NCBI RefSeq assembly: GCF_006345805.1
Contig: NC_043006.1
Coordinates: 51,336,001-51,400,000 of the forward strand
Source of the DNA: Octopus sinensis
Taxonomy: Eukaryota
Reading direction: 5' to 3'
Length of the DNA stretch: 64,000 nt
This document shows, piece after piece, positions 27,756 to 38,173 of this stretch. Both the position numbers and the translations under genes were made by a program. The notes under the pieces are model-generated. The model searched no databases. It was not told where the DNA came from and saw only the letters and a program-made list of their open reading frames with translations. How positions within the stretch are numbered: position 1 is the stretch's first letter; each line of letters begins with the position of its first letter.

Positions 27756-28544
27756 GGAAATGTTTTGAAAGATATGGAAGGATGAATAATATCTATAAAA
27801 AAAATAAAGAAAAAAGTGGGAGTGGGGATGGCTAACGTTATAATGAGATTGGTCATAAGTTTGGAGCAAAATGGTATCATATTAGTATACATACATAGGT
27901 ATGGCTGTGTGGTTAAGAAGTTAGCTTTGCAACCACATGGTTTTGGGTTCAGTCCCCCTGTGTGACACCTTGGGTAAGTATCTTCTACTATAGCCCCAGG
28001 TTGTCTAATACCTTGTAAATAAATTAAGACAGAAACTGTGAGTAGCTGTGTGGAGGCCTGTTATATACATCATATTCCTTCATCATCATCATCATCCTTT
28101 AACGTACGTTTTTCATGCTGGCATGAGTTGGACGGTTTGACCAAAGCTGGTAAACTGGAGAGCTACACCAGGTTCCAGTTTGATTTGGCTTGGCTTTTAC
28201 AGCTGGATGCCAGCCACTTTACACTGTGTGTGCTGGGTACTTTTGATGTGGCACCAGCACAATGCTTTTTATGTGACACCGGCACAGGACTTTCCCTGTC
28301 ACCAGGGGGAATTGGCCTTAACACTTCTGCTGTGGAGGACAGGATTTCTTGAGTACAGCAAGGCACCAGATATTGCAGTCCTTTGTCATCTTCTCTGAAA
28401 GGTTCAACATCCTGAGGTCATCGTTCAGTGTCTTGTCCCATGTCTTTCTTGGTCTCCTTCATCCACAAGTTTCATCCACTTTGAGAGATTGACACTTATT
28501 TATGGAGCAATCAGCATCCATCCACATTATGTGTGTGTATATAT

Positions 28545-28939
28545 CTCTTTTATTCTTTTACTTGTTTCAGTCATTTGACTGTAGCCATGCTGGAGCACCG
28601 CTTTTACAAGCAAATCAACCCCCAGGACTTATTCTTTGTAAGCCTAGTACTTATTCTATCAGTCTCTTTGGCTGAACTGCTAAGTTACAGGGACGTAAAC
28701 ACCCCAGCATCGGTTGTCAAGCGATGTTGGGGGGACAAATACAGACACACAAACATATACACACACACACACATACATACATACATACATATATATATAT
28801 ATATACAATGAGCTTCTTTCAGTTTCCATCTACCAAATCCAGGCTTTGGTCAGCCCGAGGCTACAGTAGAAGACACTTGCCCAAGGTGTCACACAGTGGG
28901 ACTGAACCCAGAACCATGTGGTTCGTAAGCAAGCTACTT
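28545..28939 (-). mobile_element. SINE family A body, split by the ORF1-only element (head at 30376-30405)
   Basis: Sequence is continuous across the 13-bp TSD. Confidence 0.85.
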
Positions 28940-30375
28940 TATTTTATTAAATTTGCCATAAAGGCAATACACAGAGGGGACACTACAACACATGTGGGGG
29001 ACATATTACAATTAAAAATAAAATATGATATAATGAATGAACATGAAAATGCACATGAAGAACAAATTAAAATATGATAATATGAATGATATCTGAAAAT
29101 GATATAAAGAGTTTGCTACTCACCCCACACTGAGTAACACAACTCGCTGTCTCTGGGTCCTGAGTCCTTTTTCTCTTTTCGTCCAATCCTTTTTCCCTTT
29201 TCACTGTCACTTAATGATAACATTCTCTCCATCATGCATTCATAACCTTTTTCACCGTAGTGTCTGTTCTTTCTTTTTCTTTTTTTCTTGAGGGGAAATG
29301 GGGTGGGTGGGTTTGGTGTCTGTATGGGGAGGGTGGGTCTGAGTGGTCTTGGATGGGATGGGGTTGGACTGGGTTGCCGCATCATACTCAGTGTCTTTTC
29401 TTTTTTTCCTCTTTCTCCTTCTGTGCTCTGCAATTTTCCATTCTTCCTCTTTTTTATCGTTTCCTTCGTCTATTTTATCTTCCTCTCTTTTCTCTTCTGT
29501 CTCTGCAACTATATCCTCAGCCATAGTCCTTCGTAGAGGGCAGTATGCTCTAATGTGGCCCTTTTGGCCACATTTAAAACAACGTGGTACTCTGCCCTCT
29601 ACCCACACACTCAGCACGATTTCCCCCAGCGTCACAGTCTCTGCCAAGTTCTCGAGTTGTCCCTCCTCCGTCTGAATAATTAACTCAAGCGTCCTTCCTT
29701 TCCACCCTCCCTCTTTGTTTCTGTGGCTTGGAAGACAGCCACCTTTTCCTCGCTTCCAACAAGGACAGCTGTCACTACCCAAGCCACATTTATATCAGTT
29801 GGAATTGCTTCTACCCTTATCTTGGAAGTCCTTTTTCCAAGATACATGGGTAGAAGGACCATTTCCTTCGTCTTTACTCTTTTACCCGCCAGCCTCCTTG
29901 CCTCCTCCTCTGTTCTAAACTGGACTACCATTGTCCCATATTGGCATCCTCTTCTCATGTATATTACTCCGTTGGATTCCTCCTTTACTGCCTTTTCTAT
30001 TTTCTCTATTTCTATTAGGTCGACCTTCTTACTCTTTATTGAGTAAACTTTGTATATGACCGTTCTTCTTTTTATGCCATCCATTATTCTTTGTGGCAGT
30101 GACAACGTCACGTTGCCGCCCACTTTCTGCACCATTTTTCCATGCTCCTTCATACTTGATAAATCCACCTCTTTTCTCTTCACCTCCACAGCCTCTGCGA
30201 AACTCTTCGTTTTCTTCAAATATTCATCCATGCCTTCTACTGCTCTCAGCAGCTCCTCCTCTGAAGACAGCTCTGACCCGCTAAGGTCCGAGTACATTAC
30301 TAACCTCAAAGCAGCAAAAAGAAAAACGTCTGACTCGCACACTAACGACAAACCAATTGCACTCTGGGTAACCGG
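28940..30375 (-). mobile_element. L1/Tx1-like non-LTR retroelement carrying only ORF1 (gag-like, CCHC knuckle), with a short 3' UTR and A-rich tail
   Basis: ORF1 from ATG 30297 (MYSDLSGSEL...) has an RRM-like segment (GTMVVQFRTEEEARR), CFKCGQKGHIRAYC and RRRKRKKRK, with two apparent frameshifts, ending ~29116. Tail ...TTTAATAAAATAA. Flanked by the 13-bp direct repeat AAGCAAGCTACTT (28927-28939 and 30376-30388). Confidence 0.8.
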
Positions 30376-30929
30376 AAGCAAGCTACTTACCACACAGCCA
30401 CTCCTATAGATAATTCTTTAACAAGAATGGTATTGAAAGTGACTTTAAAGTTTCAGCCAGCTAAACCATCATTGAAGTTCATCTTGGCTTTATATAGTCT
30501 CTGTTGAGTTAAAAATTTTCTGGAACAACCTGAGTTCTGTTGAATGGTAATTAAGATGTATGGTTGGTATTAGTGGCCAGAGGGTATGGAGAATTTTTGT
30601 TGATTAAATTTGGGCAAGTGCTAATTGCTAGAATGTATTCATGCATGTAAAGTTTTATAATTAGTTGTGTACTTCAAGGTGTGTCATCTTCAGCTCATAG
30701 GTGTTTACAAAAGAATGTAGTTAGGTTGTTGGACAGCAGATCTGCCACTTGTTTTGGTTGCTGTTGGTTTTGTCTAGATATTAATGGGACACTTATTTAC
30801 TTTGAGAGTGTATGTAGGTTAAATTTGTACTCTAACAAATGTATTGAGTAATCCTTCAATTTAATGTAGTTTTTAGAAAATTACTATTTTTAAATCTCAC
30901 AACATGAGATATTCACCAACAGTACTTTG

Positions 30930-31147
30930 TAGTAAAGATTGTTTGCCAACATAACATGGCAGTCCTGGTTTAGGAAGAATGTTGCTGTAATTTAACCCCA
31001 GGAAACATCATCTCCAGCTGGCTATATGACACAATCTGTGTCCTTATATTTTCGAACAAGGAAATATAAAGACACAGATCGTGTTTTATAGCCAGCTGGA
31101 GATGATGTCTCCAGGGGCTAAATTATGTTGGCAAACAATCTTTACTA
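30930..31147. mobile_element. Foldback MITE with nested inverted repeats
   Basis: Outer IR tagtaaagattgtttgccaacataa / ttatgttggcaaacaatctttacta, plus an inner ~65-bp arm hairpin (30990-31125). Confidence 0.7.
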
Positions 31148-31581
31148 TATAGACAGTTTTTATTACAACATAGAATCAAACAAAGCACCATCCGAACGTG
31201 GTTGATGCCAGCACTGCCTGACTGGCGTCCATGTCTGTGGCACATAAAAAGCACCAACTGATTGTGGCCGTTTGCCAGCCTCCTCTGGCCCGTGCTGGTG
31301 GCACATAAAAAGCACCCATTACACTTTCGGAGTGGTTGGTGTTAGGAAGGGCATCCAGCTGTAGAAACACTGCCAGATCAGACAGGAGCTTGGCATAGCC
31401 TCCTGGCTTATCAGACCCCGGTCAAACCGTCCAACCCATGCTAGCATGGAAAATGGATATTAAGTGATGATGATGATGATAACATACATACACACACACA
31501 TATAAATATATATATATACATATATATATATTTTAATTTCATCTAGTTTCAGCTCATGAGCTGTGGCCATGCTGGGGCACC

Positions 31582-31619
<38 letters not shown>

Positions 31620-31628
31620 TATTTATAT

Positions 31629-32400
31629 CAGTGGCAACTCCAGCAATCGGGCTGTTCGGGCTTAACCCAAGTATAAATTTAGTAAAGTGAACTTGGATTT
31701 GCAAGCTGATTTAATTTCTACCAACACTTCAAGTATGCAATCGCAGCCAATAACTCAGGCTCCTTTTATTGAGTTCATTTATTTTTGGTCAGCATCTGGC
31801 GGTCATCTTAGAGGTGCCCTGTATCAAAAAATAGTATTTGTAGCAGATGTTCTCTCAACATTGTTCACACGCGTCTGACTCAGTCTCAGAAGTTACAGCC
31901 CGAGTTGTTATCCATAATCGTAAAAATTAAAAGTAATTCAAATTCAATGTTTTCTTGAAACAATAAATCTCTATAGAGATTAGGATTTAAATTCCAATCT
32001 ATGAAAAGATTCTGTTCTACAATAATCTTAAAAGAATTAAAAATTATCCAGCAGCTTGGCCTAATACAAATGAGCCTGGTAGGTGTAAAAGATTAACTGG
32101 CATCTCTTGACAAGAATACAGGCAACAATCAGATTTCTGATGTCTGTTGTGCACTCCACTGTTGTTATTTGATTGTTGTTATTCTGTTATTCTGTGTAAA
32201 GATCAGTTGTGTTTTGCAGGGTTGTTTTATTTTTACCCTTAACATAGAAATGGAGGAAGACATCATGCTAGATATAAAAAAAATAAGCCATTTGGGGCTA
32301 GAAATAAAGCAGAAAAACATGAAATTATTCAAGCAGGCATTTGTCTTATGTGAAATCTGTGATGAGCCCAAGTGACGCTGATGACCTGGAGTCACCGCTG
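31629..32400. mobile_element. Putative non-autonomous DNA transposon (772 bp), possibly Harbinger-like, in (TA)n
   Basis: 15-bp TIRs cagtggcaactccag / ctggagtcaccgctg (12/15 match). The TSD cannot be resolved in the TA context. Confidence 0.45.
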
Positions 32401-32739
32401 ATATATATATATACGCATGCATGTCTGTCATCATCATAATTTAATGTCCATTTTCCTTGCTGGCATGGATTGGGTGGTTTGATAGGAACTAGTCAGCCAG
32501 GGAGCTGTCCAGGCACTAACTGTCTGTTTTGATACCATTTCTGCCCAATTTTTCTCCCAATACATTTGCTCTTTGCTGTACATGCTCACTGAGCATGCTA
32601 GTTTTATTTCTTTCAAGTCTTCACATATACTCTGCATTCATAACCCCTGTTTCACTACCATGTAGCATTGCTGTTCATACAAATGCATCATACAATCTGC
32701 CTTTCACTCTGAAAACTTTTGTAAGCAACAGAGGTAATA

Positions 32740-33989
32740 CAAGGGTCGACTGAAAAATTCATATGCTGACCAAGACATTCTCATGGAATGTGACCTAATG
32801 AGATTTATTTTTCAACATAGCCTCCCTTGCGGTCCACACTTGTTCCATTGGTGTTGCAGTGCTTGGATCCCATTAGTGAAGACGCTTTCATCCTGTTAAT
32901 CAAAAAAGTCATCAACAGCAGATATGACATCTTCACTGTGATACTAGTTCCCAGCCAAGTATTTCTTCAAGTTGGGGGACGATGGTAGTCAGATGAGGCC
33001 AAATCAGGAGAACAAGGACAGTAATGAACCAGTTGAAAGCTAGTTGAGCACAGTAGCCATTGAAACTAAGGACTTGTGTACTGGAGCATTGTTCTAATGA
33101 AACAAGACCCCTTTATTTAGTTTCCCTGAGTTGTTTGGTTATTTAGCCATTCATAACTGCTTCAGCAAGCTGGCATAGTACTCTCCATTGATGTGGGGCT
33201 CTTTTGAAGACAGTCAGTTAAACCATCATTTTCCCTGCAGATGAATTGACCTTGGCCTTCTTTGAAGCAGACCAGGAGGATGTGTTTCCACTGCATGGAT
33301 TGTCTCTTTGTCTCTGTCTCAATGTGATCAGCTCAACACGCATCCTGGGTTAGGAAACGTTCAAGGAAACAAGCTGGATCAGCCTCAAACAATGAGAGAT
33401 TTACCTGTGATGAGATCAGCCTGGCCCACTCTTGATCAGGTGTCAGAAGACATAGCAGCTATCAAGAAGAAACCTTCATCATGCCAAGTTCATTGTGCAG
33501 AATATTCTCATATCTCTCATGGGATATGCTAACATCATTGGCTGTTTGATTTATAGACAATCACCAGTCATCCATCACCATGTGGTGAACATGATCAAAG
33601 TTTTACTCAGTGGTGGAAGTTACAGGACGTCCAGACCTTGGGTCATCTTTAAGGCTATCCCTTCTTCTCCTAATTTCAACCACACACTTTTGTAGATAAT
33701 AAATCTGGAGTGTCATCTCCTAATGTAGCAACCATGTCAACATGAATGTCCTTGGGGGTTAAACCATTCTTCTGCAGGTTCTTGATAACACCATGATGCC
33801 AAATTTTGTCCATTTGCAAGAGAAGTCACAACCTGTTACTTTTGAAGTCTTCTTTGAATAGTCAATTATCAGTTTACCTGGGAAGAAACAATGCAGCTAT
33901 TAATAAGAAGAATAAAAATGCACACAACATTTCACAGCTCTAGCGTCATTCCTTCATAGTCAGCCTATGAACTATTCAGCTCATCCTCA
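32740..33989 (-). mobile_element. Full-length degenerate mariner (1250 bp)
   Basis: Imperfect ~28-bp TIRs (caagggtcgactgaaaaattcatatgctg / tgaggatgagctgaatagttcataggctg) with TA TSDs at 32738-39 and 33990-91. Transposase remnant MDKIWHHGVIKNLQKNGLTPKDIHVDMVATLGDD on the minus strand. Confidence 0.8.
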
Positions 33990-34794
33990 TACTCTACTTC
34001 CTGATTGGTTTGATTTTCAATTATCACTAGGTGTTTTAATTCAGATCAAATTATAACTAAATAAGGATAATAATATTCTTATCCACTAGGATCGTGATGA
34101 ATACTATTTGATGTAATACATATTCATTTTATTGATGATGTGAAGCTGGAAGGCAAAGTTGACAGCAGTTGGATTTTGAAACATAAGAATATAATTTTGA
34201 CCTAGATACAGTAAAATATGCAGTATCAGATTCTATCAACTTACTATTTCTACTACCCTGTTAAATACACACACACTCATGCATGTATAGATTATTCTGG
34301 CCTTCGTAATGGTCTGTTTGTCTGGAATTTCCATAGTGTGTAGCTGTTCCTTCAGATTTGGTTGAAGAAATGTCTACAATCTACAGAAACTCCAGAGTTA
34401 CAGGCTACTGAGTGGCCTAAATAAATTGCTGCTCCTTATGTTTACATTGAGTAATTCTTATTGTTATATATGTGTGTGTTTGTGCTATCATCAGTTAAAT
34501 GTCTACTTTTCCATGCTTGCATGGGTCAGGTAGACTTCATTGAGGCAGATTTCTACAATCAGATGCCTTTCCTGTTGCTGACACTCACTTATTTCCAGTC
34601 ACAGTTATAATTATCCCATGACTGAATATATTTACATGGAAGTTTGGAAAAGAACGATGCCTTTCATATGACATCAACACTCTTTACAACTACCATGTGA
34701 AGTCAAGACAAACAGGCACAATCACACACACACACACACACACACATGCACAAATATGTTCGTGACACCAGTATCTGATTAGTTACTGAGATTG

Positions 34795-35116
34795 TATATG
34801 TCGGTGGCACATAAAAAACACCATCCGAGCGTGGCCGTCTGCCAGCCTCGTCTGGCACCTGTGTCGGTGGCACATAAAAAACACCATTCGAGCGTGACCG
34901 TCTGCCAGCCTCGTCTGGCACCTGTGTCAGTGGCACATAAAATCACCCACTACACTCTCGGAGTGGTTGGCGTTAGGAAGGGCATCCAGCTGTAGAAACA
35001 CTGCCAGATCTGACTGGCCTGGTGCAGCCTTCGGGCTTGCCAGACCCCAGTTGAACCGTCCAACCCATGCTAGCATGGAAAGCGGACGTTAAACGATGAT
35101 GATGATGATGATGATG
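34795..35116 (+). mobile_element. Short element matching the RTE 3' end (62-bp subunit repeats, aggaagggcatccagctgtagaaac block, (GAT)n tail)
   Basis: Homologous to 60000-60260 and 37283-37500. Similar copies at 31180-31480 (+), 36620-36800 (-) and 49975-50120 (-). Confidence 0.8.
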
Positions 35117-35139
35117 ATTTGTGTGTGTGTGTATGACTA

Positions 35140-35700
35140 GCAGAGATATCACTGCTATTTGCAGTAGTCAAGTGTCTATCATTGACAAGGTCAAGGAAGG
35201 TTGAAATCACTTGATCTGTTAGTCTCAGCATTGTCAATAGTTGTTAATTTATCTTCCACTAGTGATGTGAACAGTAGTGTTTATGTGCACCGAAAACCTA
35301 TAGGATGGTTCTCTTATGGTAACTATTGCAGTATTTTGTGTTCTAACATAACATCCACTTTTAAATGGAAATAAATATTACCTTTTGGTATTGGTCACTA
35401 ATAATCATTTAATAGGCTCACTGGTTATTTGTGACACCAGTGCCTGGTTGGGCACTGAGCATCTGTGTATATCACAAACAGAGATATTGTTGCTTTTTCC
35501 AGTGATCAAGTATAAGACCAAGGAAAGCTGAAATTATGTGATCTGGTGGTCTTGGTGGTGGCAATGGGGAGTAATTTATCATCTGCTAGTGATGTAAACA
35601 AAAGTGTTTACATGCACAGAAAACCTATATGAGAGGTTCTCTCATGGTAACTACCACAGTATTCTGTGTCTCAACATAACATACACTTTTAAGATGGGAC
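35140..35700. repeat. Old imperfect ~330-bp tandem duplication
   Basis: ctagtgatgt(g/a)aaca...gaaaacctata...ggttctct..tggtaact...acataacat.cactttta appears at ~35260-35365 and ~35587-35692. Confidence 0.6.
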
Positions 35701-35706
35701 ATATAT

Positions 35707-35952
35707 ATAAAGATTGAAGTTGTAGTTGGCAAAATTTAGTTGACATGGCAGACTAGAATTAGCCGTTCATGATGAACATGTCACATCTTACAGCCTTGAT
35801 AATGTTCATGGGGCATTGAGCAGTAGTCATGATGTCAGCATTTTGATACCTGGTGTGAATTACCATGATACAGGTAACCCGTTTCCAATATTCAGATGAC
35901 TTCTAGTCTGCCATGTCAACTAAATTTTGTCAACTACAACTTCAATCTTTAT
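35707..35952. mobile_element. MITE with ~52-bp near-perfect TIRs
   Basis: ataaagattgaagttgtagttggcaaaatttagttgacatggcagactagaa is inverted at 35901-35952 (1 mismatch). Confidence 0.75.
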
Positions 35953-37449
35953 GCTCTCTAGTGCCCTTAACTGTTCACCACTACATCAAGCAGTTCCTGT
36001 AAAAAGGAAATAAAAAATCGTCAAATTTAGCCTGAACACCCAGTATGACAGTGTATAGCAAGTAACCAAGAACTAGGAAATTTTTGAATTCACCTATACA
36101 GCGGGTGAATTAAAAGGACATAAATGTTTATATAGATATATTTATTTATCCTGTTTATCTGGTTAAGTGTCTTTTTTGGGAAGGAATCACATTGAAAATT
36201 AAAAGTTAGTGAGAGGGGAAGTTAAAGAAGAGTAGATGAGTCAGTGTAAGGAGTGCCAAATTATTAGATAATTGAACAATTAGAACAAAAGTAATAAATA
36301 ATAGTACTATAAAATGTAATATAAATCAATCCTGCTGAAAATCGAGGGAAATAAACGTCATTTGTGAGTAACATGTGATTTCATTGTTACATAGTGAATT
36401 GTCATGTGAAATTTGTAATACCTATGGGTTATACTAGGCTGGTCACCAAAGACACAATAGCAAAGAAAGAAAAATTAGTTGAATACTTACAAAACATACT
36501 AACAGACTATGACTATGTGGCTGTGTTGATCTTGTACTGTACTACAGGATTGAGGTCCTGAATTTTACTGTGTGTGTGTGTGTGTAGGGGGGTGTTTTGT
36601 GTGTGCGTGTGTGTGTGTGTATCATCATCATTATTTAACAGCCATCGTCCATGCTGGCATGGGTTGGATGGTTTGACCAGGACTGATAAGCTGGTGGGGG
36701 CTGCACTAGACTCCACTCTGATTTGGCATGGTTTCTATGGCTGGATGTCCTTTCCAAAGTCAAGCACTCCGAGAATGTAATGGGTGCTTTTATGTACCAG
36801 TTGCATCACAAACACACACACACACACACACATATTATATCCAAGCACTCTCAGACAAATACAGGAGTACGTCCTCATAAATGAAACATCCCCGGTACTA
36901 AATAGGAAATATACATAGAAGGTAGTCAGTGTTTCTACAGCTGGATGCCCTTCCTAATGCCAACCACTCTGAGAGTGTAGTAATAATTGTAATAATTGAT
37001 ATCAAGTCATAATTGGAGTAATTGATATTGAGCCAAAATGTATTTTAACAGTGATTTTGTTGCAAATAGAGACACTTGAATTCAGCAGGCACAGATGTGG
37101 GTTAGTGGTAAGAAGTTTGCTTTCTAACCACATGGTTCCTCATTCAGTCCCACTGCATGGCACCTTGGACAAGTGTCTTCTACTATAGCCCCAAGCTGAT
37201 CAAAGCTTTGTGAGTGAATTTGTTGAGGGAAACTGAAAGAAGATCATCATATACATAAGTACATTTATATATACATATATATATCATCATCATCATCATC
37301 GTCATCGTTTAACGTCCGTTCTCCATGCTAGCATGGGTTGGACGGTTCGACCGGGGATCTGGGAAGCCAGAAGGCTGCACCAGGCTCCAGTCTTATCTGG
37401 CAGTGTTTCTACAGCTGGATGCCCTTCCTAACGCCAACCACTCCGTGAG

Positions 37450-38100
37450 TGTAGTGGGTGCTTTTTACGTGCCACCTGCACAGGTGCCAGGCGAGGCTGG
37501 CAACGGCCACGGTCGGATTGGTGTATTTTATGTGCCACCAGCACGGAAGCCAGACGAGGCGGTGCTGGCATCGGCCACGAGTCGGATGGTGCTTTTTACG
37601 TACCACCAGACCAGGGATCCTGGCTGGTTCAATTCGATTTCGATTTCGCTTGCCCCAACATGTCTTCGCAAGCAAGGGGGTTGGCATGGGTGCCTGTTGT
37701 ACGGTCAGATTGTGTATTTACGTGCCACCGGCACGGAAGCCAGTGGAGGCGGCGCTGGCATCGGCCACGAGTCGGATAGTGCTTTTTACGTACCACCAGA
37801 CCAGGGAACCTGGCTGGTTCAATTCGATTTCGCTTGCCCCAACATGTCTTCGCAAGCAAGGGGGTTGGCATGGGTGCCTGTCGTACGGTCAGATTGGTGT
37901 ATTTTATATGCCACCGGCACAGAAGCCAGTGGAGGCGGCGCTGGCATCGGACACGAGTCAGATAGTGCTTTTTACGTACCACCAGACCAGGGATCCTGGC
38001 TGGTTCAATTCGATTTTGACTTCGATTTCGATTTCGCTTGCCCCAACATGTCTTCGCAAGCAAAGGGGGGTTGGCATGGGTGCCTGTCATCGGATGAGGT
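37450..38100 (-). repeat. Variable tandem array (about three ~180-bp units made of ~60-bp subunits) in the RTE 3' UTR
   Basis: Recurrent ...gctttttacgtaccaccagaccaggg... and ...tcgcttgccccaacatgtcttcgcaagc... blocks. Copy 2 has a different arrangement (59830-60080). Confidence 0.9.
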
Positions 38101-38173
38101 TCTATATCGACTTCGCTTGCCTCAACAGGTCTTTGTGTCCAAGGGAGGAAAGGCATTCATAAGTGGGCTGGGC

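Noticed and set aside
32360-32400. GTGATGA...CTGATGA, resembling a C/D snoRNA or hammerhead core
   Set aside because: The boxes are too close for a snoRNA, and there is no GAAA or stem III for an HHR; it lies in a TIR region.
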